From NCBI RefSeq assembly GCF_018350175.1, contig NC_058368.1, positions 102,860,001-102,924,000 of the forward strand: DNA of 64,000 nucleotides, given 5' to 3'. Position numbers and translations under genes: made by a program. This DNA is from Felis catus (taxonomy: Eukaryota). The notes below the pieces were generated by a model that worked only from the letters and a program-made list of their open reading frames with translations, did no database searches and was not told the origin of the DNA. Positions 50,213 through 62,115 of this stretch are shown here, in pieces; within the stretch, counting starts at the first letter, position 1; each line of letters opens with the position of its first letter.

Positions 50213-51042
50213 GCCTTGTTCCCATTTTTAGTGTGACTTCCCATTTATGCTACATGTCCACAGGTGTCGAGTAATCACATTTAAAGAGATTATAAATAGA
50301 ACCCAAGTCCATAAGTAATTGTAGCAAGAGATGTAGCAGGAACTCAAGCCTTGCAGTTAGCCCAAACACTCCTTAGACATGTTATAAGTTTGTGTCCGTG
50401 TGTATGTACCAGTTCCCGCTGTCAATCTCTTAAGGAGCTGCTCGCCTCTGGCTTGTACATCAGAAGATCCTAAATCATATTGACATCCCCAACCTTGGTT
50501 TACTCAACTGTATTCTGAAAAAGAAATTTTGTAACAACTTTTGGAATTCTATTTTTCTGTAAAATATTTCCAATGGTATTTTAAAAGAGCATCAATATTA
50601 ACCTTCATATACTTAATGAATTCATTATATTCAGAAAAACTGAGCCATGGAAATATTCGCATATTCTGCAAGGCATACTCAGACAACTTTTTTGAGGAAT
50701 TAAACGGTCTTACTGCATGGAGGAAACATGTAACTGACGGATGCAGATGTGAGTGTTCTAACACACATACAACTCAGTAGCTACAGATGTAGTTTATGAC
50801 ATTTTCTCCCACACTTGTCCACACATTTTAGGATTAGAAAACGTATCATGAGAGATCAGGAATATTGTCTAAAGTTTGCCATCAATATCTTCTTTCCACC
50901 AGAAAAAAAAATCACCCACCATCATTGACTTACCACAATTATTCGGAAAGGGTTTTTTTTTTTTTCCCAAAAGGTTAAATTCATTTTTTACTCTAAGTAC
51001 TTAGCACAGCGTGTCAGCTTTTATTATTTTTATTCAAATTTC

Positions 51043-51570
51043 TCAGTCCCTCTTGAGACTCTCTTGGTTTTCCAGCAGAAACCAGATCAAACTAGCTTAA
51101 GGAAAATAAGGTTTTTAGTGGTTTCTGAAAATTTGATGGCATTGGCTTCAGGCACAGTTGAATTCAGGTGATCAGTGCATTAGGAAACAGTCTTTTTCCA
51201 TCTCTCCATTCTTCTTTCCCCGAGGTTCACACGTTTCAGAGGCTGGCTCTCTCTGCAAAAATGCGTGCCAGGGTTTCCAGATAAATATCCAGTTATCTTC
51301 AAGAACAGCAGCCAGAGAGTTTCTTTCATCCTAAAGTTACAACAAAAGGCTCCGGGTTGAGTCTCATTGGTCTGTTGAGTCTACTTGGCCCGACTCGAGC
51401 CACTTAGCCATCCAAGAGTGAGCATGGATGGCCAGCGAATGCAGAATTCCAGTTAGCTGGGCCGGGGCCACATTTCTTAACGATACCAGAACCATAAGGA
51501 AAGAGAGCTTGGAAATCAGGAAGGCGGATGTATGCCAGTCTGGCAAAGAGAAAGCAACAGATGTCTGTTG
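51043..51570 (-). mobile_element. MLT1 (MLT1J/K-like) MaLR LTR
   Basis: CAGAAACCAGATCAAACTAGCTTAAG, GGCTTCAGGCACAGTTG, TCTCATTGGTCTG. Confidence 0.65.
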
Positions 51571-51829
51571 CCTTACTGAACTCACCCACCAAACATTTCC
51601 TGAGTTTCTCCTGTGCTTCCTGCGCTGACCGTGTGTGTGAGAGACAAAGCGTGTGTGTGACTCACCGCAGAGCAATGGACACAGCAGGAAGGAACTCAAG
51701 GGTGAAAGACCTAATCCCTCCCCTTAAAGGAGAGACACCTGCAGGCTCTAAAAACAGGAAGAAACAAGGACTCTGTGATGAACTTAATGAACTTGTTGAT
51801 ACTGGTGGTAGAAATTCAGAGTAGGAGAA

Positions 51830-52390
51830 ATCTCTGTGACCGCAGAACTGAGAAAGCCCACGGAGGGGTGAGGGAGGACCAAACGTGGAGGGGAGGGCGG
51901 GACCTTGCAAGAGGCTAGGGAGGTGTTGGTAAAGACTCACAGCTCAGGTGCATGCAGCGTGGTGGTGACACAAAAGAGAACCAGGTCTAGCAGCCCAGAC
52001 GAGGAGCGTAGGTCATGGTGGGTGGGAGGGAGGCGCACTCCTGCAGATGCCTGGATGACCTGGAAAAGTTTCGGCAGGAGCTGCTACAGAGAGGCAGAGT
52101 TGAGACCGGAGAATAAAAGCATTTCAGGAAGGCAAATCTGGTCACAGGCTGTGGGATGTCTTAGAAAGAAGATGGCAGGCGTGGAGAGGGGTGGAGGGCT
52201 ACCGCAGGAACTGTCAACTACGGTGACAAGTTCTGGGAAGGATCCCGAGGCTGCGGAGAAGGAGAGGACACAATGCTGAGAGAAATGTCAAAGGGAAGAT
52301 CCATAAAACTTGGAGGCTCTAGCAGACACAGAGGAAGAAGGAGAAGGTGAGTCTAAACAATCAAGCCCAGGGCCCAGGTCATGGAAGAAC
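51830..52390 (-). mobile_element. Diverged L2 fragment
   Basis: Purine-rich; TGCTGAGAGAAATG...GAAGGTGAGTCTAA resembles reverse L2. Confidence 0.45.
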
Positions 52391-53097
52391 CCTTACGAAC
52401 TAGCGACAGGAGCCATCAGGTCATAGTATTTATGCTGCATTCCTCAGTGACATTCTCATCCTCCACCATCTACTTTAACTCTTTGCATGCATTCGTCAGG
52501 AAAGATGATGACTTCATCTTTGTCTCTCCAGCAACACAAAGTTTGGCATGTTGCACAGACGATTCAATGGTTTTTTTGTTTTTTGTTTGTTTTTTTTGTT
52601 GTTGTTGTTAAATGAATTCTACAGAGGAGAAATAGCTTTCTGGGAGCTGAAAAATGTATTTGGCCATGCATGTTAGTAACAGGATGGCAACAAAGGGCAT
52701 GTCTTCAATCTCTAATTCTTTGTTCGTTGTAGTCCTTTACTGCTCTGGTTATTCTTCTTAGGGGATAGATGTATCTCTCCAATACAAACTGCCTCACAGC
52801 AAACTATGTCCCGTGCTATACAAGCTTATAGCGCATTTCCAGGTTACCTAATTCACCTAAGATTTCTTTCAAAATGATAGCAACAGAAGCAAGTCTCCCT
52901 CTGACCTCTTCAAAGTCTTGGTGTTTTCCATTTAGCTCTGTAATTTAAGTATTTCTAAGACCACAGAATACTACTGAGTTCAAAGACCCTGTTAGGCTTT
53001 GGTTTACAGGCAAGCACCACACCGAGGAAATGCTACAACAGGTTACAAAGATGTAAAAGATGAGATTTTCTGCAGTGTTCCTGCAACAAAAAAGAGA

Positions 53098-53312
53098 GAA
53101 TCTAAGTAAACAGATGTAAGTATCAACACTCACCACCACGTATGATGATAAAATGAAGCCGGAGGCGAAAACCATTCTCATTGGCCCAGAATGATGGCAG
53201 AAATGCAACAAAAGCTTCATAAATGTTTCCTGAACACATGAGTGAGCCAATAGATGAACAAATGAATAGCATTCTAATGATGGAAAAAAAGTCACGCGTG
53301 AGAATGTTCATG
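53098..53312 (+). repeat. Left arm of ~215-bp inverted duplication
   Basis: Hand alignment to reverse complement of 54498-54711: about 22 substitutions and 1 indel. Confidence 0.95.
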
Positions 53313-53384
53313 AATCCTCATGCACTGAAGTGTGAAAACACTTGGTCTTCAACAACATCTCCTCCATGATCTCTTTGAACCTTT

Positions 53385-53550
53385 GGTGTTTAAACTTGAC
53401 CTTGCATTGAAATCACCTACAAGGCTTATTGAAACACTGACTGCTAGGTCCATTTTTGAGTTTCTGATTCAGGAGCGCTGGTGTGTGCCCTAAGAGTGTG
53501 CATTTTGAAAAAGTTCCCAAGTGATACAGAATCTTCTCTCCACACTCCAA
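53385..53550. mobile_element. MER5A-like hAT-Charlie element
   Basis: AAACTTGA...GAAATCACCT...GAGTTTCTGATTCAG...TGCATTTTGAAAAAGTTCCCAAGTGAT. Confidence 0.8.
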
Positions 53551-54497
53551 GAAACACAGTTTTGGCGTCCGATAACAATAGGATACCTCTTGTGAAGCTT
53601 GTCTTCCCTTAAAAGAGACTGACCCCTCAAAGACTGCCCTTGGAATCATGTCAAGAAGGAGCTATAAACTTGTTGTGGAGTCCATATATCTGTGCGTAGG
53701 ACAAAAAGACTCCATCTGATGAAAGATGCATTGCTGTGAAACATCAAAGCCATTAGGGTAGTCCCAGGAAAATTAACCACAGGGCACACCTCTCATACTC
53801 CTTCCCGACAAGCACCGATTTACACTAATTGCAAAATGAAGGTGGAAGCAATGCTAGGAAAACGAGGGCTGAAAACTCCCTTCTGAATTTCAGATAGTTT
53901 AATAAAATGCTGCAGCAGCACAAAGCTGTAATCTGTTTCCGCATACCAATTTGTGGACAGCGCAAGATCACATCAGTGAGGAAACTGCATCTCCTTATCA
54001 GGAAAGACTAATTGGAAGCTACAATTAGCTGGGTAGTAAATGCCAGGAATTCTAAATCACAATCACAAAGTAGCCTACATTTGACACTCTAATATAAGGG
54101 GGGTGGCCACTGAGCAGAAAAGATGGGATTCTTTGCGTGGAAGAACAGAGGCTCTTGCATCCAAATGAGCACGTCTCAATACGGAAGACTTGCTTTGTTC
54201 CTTGACTCATACACACTCAAATGCAACATTGTTGAGGTGGGAGATGAAGAAGGAAAAGTGAACGACGTCGGAATGGCTGGTATGTTTCATGGATGTGAAA
54301 CGCTGCGTTGGGTTTTGTCGCTTTCTTCCATTAGGCGTCGTTAGGATGCAGACTCAGAGTGTGATGAGTGCACCTCCAGGGTAATTTGAATTTCCTAGAA
54401 TGATTTCATTATCCAAAGTCCTTTTCCGACCTCTGATCCTAAACCACCTTTACAGCGTTTACTTCTTTGTGGGAAGCCATTGGCTTTCCTGAATTCC

Positions 54498-54711
54498 CAT
54501 GAACATTCTCACACGTGACTTTTTTTACATCGTTAGAATGCTATTCATTTGTTCATTTATTGGCTCGCTCATGTGTTCAGTAAACATTTATGAAGCACTC
54601 ATTACATTTCTGCCATCATTCTGGACCAATGAGAATGGTTTCTGCCTCCAGGGTCATTTTATCATCATACGTGTGGTTAGCGTTGATACTTTCGTCTTTT
54701 TACTTAGATTC
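54498..54711 (-). repeat. Right arm of ~215-bp inverted duplication
   Basis: See left arm. Confidence 0.95.
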
Positions 54712-54879
54712 TTTTTTTTTTTTCTTCTAACACTACTTTCCTCATGGTGTGTTCCTCATCAAACGTCTACGATATTTCAAAAATAACAGTGCGACAAGTG
54801 CCTGAAGAGAGAAAATTTTTTACCTTTTCAAGTTGGAAAGGAATAACTTGAAAAGTGTTTTTAATTTTCTGCTTCTAAA

Positions 54880-55092
54880 TTTTTTTTTTCAACGTTTATT
54901 TATTTTTGGGACAGAGAGAGACAGAGCACGAACGGGGGAGGGGCAGACAGAGAGGGAGACACAGAATCGGAAACAGGCTCCAGCCTCCGAGCCATCAGCC
55001 CAGAGCCGGACGCGGGGCTCGAACTCACGGACCGTGAGATCGTGACCTGGCTGAAGTCGGACGCTTAACCGACTGCGCCACCCAGGCGCCCC
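54880..55092 (-). mobile_element. CanSINE, young variant
   Basis: 18-bp TSD TAATTTT(C/G)TGCTTCTAAA. Confidence 0.96.
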
Positions 55093-55204
55093 TAATTTTG
55101 TGCTTCTAAAAATGACAACATGTGTTCACTTTCACAAAAGCTTTTGTTTTGGCAAAAGCATCAGACTGTTTTTCTGTTCCCCCTCACTGATTTAAAAAAA
55201 TATA

Positions 55205-55395
55205 TATATTGAGTGACTATTTTATGGTGAGCATTGTTTTAGATCTTGGGATTTATTAGTGAACAAGACAGACAAGGCTCCTGTCCTGGTGGAGATCACG
55301 TGTTGATTGGGGAGACAGACAATGCCGGAATAAACGATGTGGTATGTTAGGATGTGATATCTGAAGGAGGTGTAACGGGGGTAGGGCATGTCGAA
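55205..55395 (-). mobile_element. L2 3' end fragment
   Basis: ATATTGAGTGACTA...AGTGAACAAGACAGACAAGG...CCTGTCCTGGTGGAG...GGGGAGACAGAC. Confidence 0.8.
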
Positions 55396-56179
55396 CACAT
55401 GGATGTATAGATTCTCCTACTGTTGGTGAACAAAAGTTTTGACTTGACCACAACCCCGAAAGCAGAGATGAGCCCTGACGTGTTATTTTCAATATTGCAA
55501 AGCGGATGTATCTTCAAGTGTAGGGGCTGTTTTATTTTACAATGACTTACAGATAAAGTATTAAAATATTTAAAAGTATGTATTTGAATTGGGCTCACCA
55601 TCAAAATAATGGACCGTTTTTGGGAGATGTGTGCGAGGACCGGGCACCCCAGGTTCACTCACCTGGAGGAGAGACTGGTGAGGAGGCTTCTGGATGGGCT
55701 TGGTAGAGTCCTGCTTCGACGGAGTGCCGTGTCAGGTGTGATTCAGCCCGGAAGACCCCGGCACTTGAGAAGGTGGGACTGTGGAAGTCTATCTCATCCC
55801 CACCATGGAAGTAGAGATCAGAGTTTCCTCTACAAAGATTCAAAATTCTTACTTTATTTAGGAAATCGGAAGGCGTCCTGTGGGGAGGCAGGAAGGCCAC
55901 TTTAATTTTGGGAGGGGGACATTCACTTAGAGGCCTGCATTCTGAGGTTCAAGAATACCTTGTTTTATATAATGGTGTTGTCTGGGCACAAATCTAGGTA
56001 AGAGAACAGGTGAATCTTTCTTTAACGAGAGGATTTATTTGTAACCAATGGCCAACATAATACTTAGATATTAAACACTTGAGGCATCTCTTTAAGCTGG
56101 AGTATGAAAACACTGGCCATTATCATTATGTGTGGATTATATTTATGTTATATTGTGGAAATATTATATTGTTATATTG

Positions 56180-56650
56180 TGGAAATTGTGACCTACACAA
56201 TAAGACATGAAACAGAAACAAAAACAAATAGTGGAACTACTACAGAAGAGGATTATTACCGAGAAGCGTCAAAATAATCCGCTGAAAAATCCTTTTAGTT
56301 TATAAGACTCAGCAAAGTGGCTAAATACAAGGTGAATATACACATATCTAGATAATTACATTACACAAACGCTATGTAGTTAGAACACAGAGTGACAGAA
56401 AAGAAATTTCACTGATCATAAAAATAAAACCTATGAATCTTGGAGGAAGTATCTAAGAAATATGTGCAACTTCTATATAGAAAGTGACAAAACTACTCTA
56501 AGAAATAAAAACAAACAAACCCAAAGCTACATAGGTGGGGAGCCAAATCTTAGTTTAGGATTGGGTGAGTGATGTTGCTAAATGATATAAATATATGGGC
56601 TCATCACACATTAATGCGTAGGTTTAATGTCATTACATTCAGAGGATTGC
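56180..56650 (+). mobile_element. Old L1M ORF2 fragment
   Basis: CAATAAGACATGAAA...CTCAGCAAAGTGGCTAAATACAAGGTGAATATACA. Confidence 0.6.
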
Positions 56651-57181
56651 AGTAAAAAACTTACGTCACTTTTATCTCACCCAGGGCAATGAAGGGTGCC
56701 AAATAAGAGGTTAATTCAGTGCAAACGAGTTATAGGTCTAGGAGGCAGAAAATAAACAATGAAGTGAGTGGATCTTGTATGTTTCTCCAGTTTGGCCTTT
56801 CATAATCACTCTGTGAGGGGTCAGCATCCCTATTTCACAGAAAAGGACACTGGGACTTAGACGTGCTGAGTGCATTCTTGAACTCCGGGACACTCACCAG
56901 ATTTCAGAAATGGGCTTATAAGGGTTCTTTCATAAGGGTACTGACAGCAAGTACATCTTTAGTCTTGTAGATTTATTGTCTGTTTCACAGTGAACATGAG
57001 AGCTTTCTGAATGGTAGCTTTCTCTGATCCCATAAGAATCCCATGCCAATCCAACACTGGTTACATTCCATAAAATGATAGCAGCAAGCCAGGAGGAAAG
57101 AAGGCTGTAATATTCAATTGTCTGTAACCAATGTGTTAGGAGTCACCGTCTTTCATCCAGACAGTACAGTTGCATTTTTAA

Positions 57182-57265
57182 AATGACATCTATTACCACA
57201 TTAGAGGCAACCCATAACAATCCCTTATAGAATGTTTGTCTCAATTGTGGTTATTTAATGTCATT
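57182..57265. other. Imperfect 84-nt hairpin, possibly an ancient conserved hairpin element
   Basis: Stems AATGACAT/ATGTCATT, ACCACA/TGTGGT, GAGGCAA/TTGTCTC. Confidence 0.6.
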
Positions 57266-58213
57266 ATACCAAATTTCAAAATGTTCTTATGGTAAACAGA
57301 CCCAGTGAAATGCTAGATGAGTAAAAGCTCATTTTCAAGTTCCAAGAAGCCAGGGCTTCATTTTCTCTCTCTCTCTCTTTTTTTTTTCTAACTTATTTCT
57401 TATTTGTAAAAAAGTCTCCAGTTTCCTGGCCTTATGAATTGAAGAGTTTCCTTTCCAAAGGAAAGGCTTTCGTAAATTCTATTATTTATGCAGTCTTAGA
57501 ACAAATTCTTCAATTATTTGACATAGCCCTGACACGGCTAAGCTGTCATGCACATATATTTTGGATGAACTTCTTGTAAAAAGGAAAAATAAACGTATGA
57601 CATTCACACACAGGCAAAGACACACTTAGCGTCCTCAGATTAAAACTTTTTATTAAGTTCTGGCTTGGGGCAAATTTAAACGGCTGAGTTATAAACCCAT
57701 GAATCAAGAGGTCAGACTGAAGATGCTGGCAAATTCTTAACTCCAGGGGTACCAGCAGGCATGACCTTCAAAATGTAGCAAACTACGAGAGACAGCGACG
57801 ACGTGTATCTTGGACCAGGTCCTAAGCAGTTAAAAGCAGCTAGGGATTATTTGATTCCAAACTGTGGTTACATTCATGGTTTCCAACTATTTGTTAGCTC
57901 CTTTTTTATGGGCACAGGGCACAGTTATAATGATATGCAAACAAAATAAAAAATAATTAGCACTATCTTTTATTGTTCTAATTTAACAATATTAAAACAA
58001 CACAATATTGCTTTGGAAGAAAGTGGTAGAAGGCAAATGGTCTTAAACAGAAATGAAGTACCAATATGTTGGCGTATTATTATCTCCACAACTAGGCTAG
58101 ATTACTTTCTGTATCTCTGCCACAGGGAAGCCACGCATACAGCGAGATAAAGAAATTTAGAAAGAAGTCTCACAATCCCAGGATTGCTTTGACAGTTTTA
58201 AGAGCTAAACGCA

Positions 58214-58435
58214 GGGGCGCCGGGGTAACTCAGTCGGTTAAGCATCTGACTTCGGCTCAGGTCATGATCTCACAGTTCACGAGTTCAAGCCCCACACGGG
58301 GCTCTGTGCTGACAGCTTGGAGCCTGTTCAGGATTCTCTCTCTCTCCTTCTCTCTCTCTGCCCCTCCCCCACTTATGCTCCCTCTCTCTCTCTCTCCCTC
58401 TCTCAAAGTAAATAAAGAAATATTAAAAAAAAAAA
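58214..58435 (+). mobile_element. CanSINE
   Basis: Head GGGGCGCCGGGGTAACTCAGTCGG, (CT)n, A tail. Confidence 0.93.
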
Positions 58436-58664
58436 GCAGCATTAAGAAAAACAGAAAACCAATTCTAAATAATGACAAACATTGACTTTTGGAGTCAAAA
58501 ACACGTCATCGACTTCAGCAAAAGAAAAATAAAACGATAGACAAAGTAAATGTGACCTAGAATAATTATTAGATCTAGGTTCTGGGAACATTGGACTTTA
58601 TTATACTATCTTCGTACAGTTTTGAAAATTTTAATGATAAGGTTGTTTTTTAAAAGCCATCACT

Positions 58665-58873
58665 GGGGGCGCCTGGGTGGCACAGTCGGTTAAGCGTCCG
58701 ACTTCAGCTCAGGTCACGATCTCGCGGTCCGCGAGTTCGAGCCCCGCGTCGGGCTCTGGGCTGATGGCTCAGAGCCTGGAGCCTGCTTCCGATTCTGTGT
58801 CTCCCTCTCTCTCTGCCCCTCCCCCGTTCATGCTCTGTCTCTCTCTGTCTCAAAAATAAATAAACGTTAAAAA
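58665..58873 (+). mobile_element. CanSINE
   Basis: 14-bp TSD TAAAAGCCATCACT. Confidence 0.96.
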
Positions 58874-58889
58874 TAAAAGCCATCACTTT

Positions 58890-59076
58890 GGGGCATTTGG
58901 GGGGCACAGTCCAACTCTTGATCTCGGCTCAGGTCATGATCTCCCAGTCTGTGAGACTGAGCCCCATGTTGGGCTCTGCACTGACAGTGTGGAGTCTGCT
59001 TGGGATTCTCTGTCTCCCTCTCCCTCTGCCCCTCCCCCTGTGCTCTCTCTCAAAATAAACCAACTTAAGAAAAAAA
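58890..59076 (+). mobile_element. Older CanSINE (SINEC_Fc2-like)
   Basis: CAACTCTTGATCTCGGCTCAGGTCATGATCTC...TGCTTGGGATTCTC. Confidence 0.88.
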
Positions 59077-59513
59077 GTCAACACTTCAAGACTGCATTAT
59101 GTGATGATCTCTTGACTTCACCTGTGTGTGGGAACTTGTATTACGGCCACTTCAAACAGAGCTACGAATACCTTCAACAAAATATCCAGAATTTATCATT
59201 GCACTTGGGTTTTACTTTCATTATGTAATGCTTGAAGTGCTTTTGGTATCCTTTCTATAACTGCAATACTCTTGTAGCACCGGGATTTACTCAATTAGGG
59301 TTATGGCCTCTGCAAGGAAAACTGCTTCATCCGATTCCCATCCCTAAAGGTCCAACTGAGTCCCTTCTTAGCATAGCAATGACACCAGCTGTCAACACAT
59401 TTCGAAAGAAGGTTTAGAATACTGCACACATTGAGTCACCTTGGATGTGAGCTAAGCAGAATAGTTAATATGATGGACAGAGTTGAAGGAATCTGGGAGA
59501 AAAGGAGACTGGC

Positions 59514-59722
59514 GGGGCGCCTGGGTGGCTCAGTCAGTTAAGAGTCTGACTTTGGCTCAGGTCAAGATCTCACAGTTTGTGTTCAAGCCCTGCGTCGGGC
59601 TCTGTGCTGACAGCTCTGGGCCTGGAGCCTGTTTCAGGTTCTGTGTCTCCCTCTTTCTCTGCCCCTCCCCCGTTTGTGCTCTTTCTCTCAACAATAAATA
59701 AACATTAAAAAAATTTTTTTTA
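59514..59722 (+). mobile_element. CanSINE
   Basis: Full body; TSD AAAAGGAGA. Confidence 0.94.
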
Positions 59723-59819
59723 AAAAGAACAAAAGGAGATTTGGAGATGTCTTCATAAACTAGGAGAAGCTAGTGAAACCCCAATTTCACTTGGCACAAC
59801 CTCCGATTTTAATCATTAA

Positions 59820-60030
59820 TTTTTTTTTAATGTTTATTTTTCAGAGAGAGAGAGACAGAGCACGAGTGGGGGGAGGGGCAGAGAGAGAGAGAGGGAGACA
59901 CAGAATCGGAACCAGGCTCCAGGCTTTGAGCTGTCAGCACAGAGCCAGAAGCAGGGCTGGAAACCACCGACCTCAAGATCACAACTTGAGCCAAAGTGGG
60001 ATGCTCAACCTACTGAGCCACCCAGCCCCC
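59820..60030 (-). mobile_element. CanSINE
   Basis: Full body; degenerate TSD ...TTTTAATC. Confidence 0.92.
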
Positions 60031-61019
60031 CTCTCTGTTTTTAATCTTAATTCAACAAGTTATCTTCAAGTTTGTACTCATTTGACAATTTGTTCTGAAC
60101 TTGGCACAACCTATCTGGTTAAAGCCCAGCTCATGGAAATCAAAGTTAAGGCCTTATCGAGCTTCTGTGCTCTTCATCTAGAGCAGAGAGAAGCCAACTG
60201 ACCAAATACCAATACTTCCTCCTATTCCTTATACATGGGATCATTAAGTCCTGTGTCAGTGAGTCTCTCAGATAGCCACCCGATTTGCTGAACCTACTGA
60301 CCCACTTTGTTCCTGTCAAATCCATCCTGTTGGGAAAGACTTCCTGGAATAACCACGCATCATCTTCATTCTGCGTATCTGAAGCCACGATCCGATCTTC
60401 TAGATTGGAATTCCCCCTTCGTCCCCTTCCCAAACCTGCCTGACCCTCATCTGTTTTCGCCACACTGGTTTCTACCTTCTCCTCCCTGGATCTGGAGCAC
60501 TTTCACCTCCTGCTAGGGGTTAAACTCCAACAGAGCCCAGCTAGTCATATACCCTACACAGAATAAGCCAGTTAAAAAACATGGGATAGTCATGGCGTCT
60601 GATGGTGGTATATATGTATGTTAATTTCCACCTGTATCTGAAAGGTGGTCATATGTTCTCATCAGGATTTCCCAGGACAGGGGTGGTGTCCTGGCATTTA
60701 ATCAAAAGGTTCACTTTGCACAGGGGGCTATTCTAAGGGTCTCAACTCTCCTCAGAACTGATTTACAGCCCAGATTAAGGACATTTGCATAATAAAAGTT
60801 AAACATTGTTTATCATTGGTGAGATCACTGGATTGTTAACTGGCAAAAATAGATCATTGAAATGGGCTCCCGGCAACTTTAGCGGATCCAGATGTTACAG
60901 AAATACCTTCACATCCTCTTCGCGTTCCCAACACAGGCAGGACTAGAAGTTAAAAACTCAACTGGTACCTCAAGTTTGATTGTCAGTTAATGCTGTGTCC
61001 CACCACAGATTTAGAGAAT

Positions 61020-61251
61020 TTTTTTTACGTTTGTTTATTTATTTTGAGACAGAGAGAGAGAGAGGGAGAGCGAGCACGTGTGCACAGGAGGGGCAGAGAA
61101 AGAGAGAGGCGGAGAGAAAGAGAATCCCAAGCAGGCTCTGCACTGTTAGCACAGAGCCTGACACAGGGCTTGAACTCACAAACAGCGGGATCATGACCTG
61201 AGCCGAAATCAAGAGTTGTGCACCTAACCAGTTGAGCCACGCAGGCACCCC
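61020..61251 (-). mobile_element. Older CanSINE
   Basis: TSD TAGAGAATTTTT. Confidence 0.93.
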
Positions 61252-61676
61252 TAGAGAATTTTTAATCTCTAGACTTGAATATAGGATCATCTGCATCCTA
61301 CAGCTTTAAAATTACCAAGTTTGCTTTAGGTGAAGTTTTCATTAAGTTTTTTTTTTCAAGTTCCAAAAGGACACAGGGATCGGACTTTATCAAGTTTGTT
61401 TGCTAGTATATTCATGCCTACTTGGTAGTGTATCTCAGTGTAGCAGAAATAAGTCAGGGACCTACTTTCATTATGATCTCAGAGAGGAGTTGGGTAAGCC
61501 TCATTCCCTGTAACCATATGCAGCCCTGACATCTACCAAACTGGCTACGTCAGTTTATAATAAGGTGTAACCCGCCCATACGAATTTTTTTATATTTATA
61601 TAATTATGTATCCACCTACCCACTTACCTACCTACCTACTAAGCCAAATTTCTTGCTTTCCAAAACCTTCTTGCTG

Positions 61677-62115
61677 AGGAGTTAGCAAACCATGGCCCAT
61701 AGTCCAACTCTGGCCCACTGACTATTTTGTAAGTATTCTTTTCTTTTCTTTTCTCTTTTGTTTTGTTTTCTTTTGTTTTGTTTTCTTTTGTTTTGTTTTC
61801 TTTTCTTTTCTCTTTTCTTTTCTTTTCTTTTTTTCTTTTCTCTTTCCTTTTCTTTTTTTCTTTTCTTTTCTTCTTTCTTTTCTCTTCATTTCTTTTCCTT
61901 CCTTCCTTCCTTCCTTCCTTCCTTCCTTCCTTCCTTCCTTCTTCCTTCCATATAAGTAAACTCTTTCTGGAACACAGCCATGCTCATTCATTGACATCTC
62001 TGGCTGCTTTCACTCTAAAATGGCAGAGCTGAGTACTTGTGATAGGGGCTGTGTGGCCTGCAAAGTAAAAGTATGTTTACTTTTTGGCCCTATATATGAA
62101 TATGTATGAACACTT
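61677..62115 (+). mobile_element. MER58A-like hAT-Charlie element split by a pyrimidine microsatellite
   Basis: GCAAACCATGGCCC...TGGAACACAGCCATGCTCATTC...GGCTGCTTTC...GGCAGAGCTGAGTA...GGCCTGCAAAG. Confidence 0.85.
61737..61948. repeat. (TTTTC/TTTTG)n-(TTCC)n low complexity
   Basis: Direct observation. Confidence 0.95.

Noticed and set aside
53123..54786. Twin ORFs starting MNILTRDFF on opposite strands
   Set aside because: A by-product of the inverted duplication; the frames diverge at an indel and many changes are non-synonymous
56898..56940. Possible upstream minus-strand exon supplying a start codon to the 55877 exon
   Set aside because: Donor CTG|GTGAGT is good, but the compatible frame has a stop and its ATG frame ends after 5 codons
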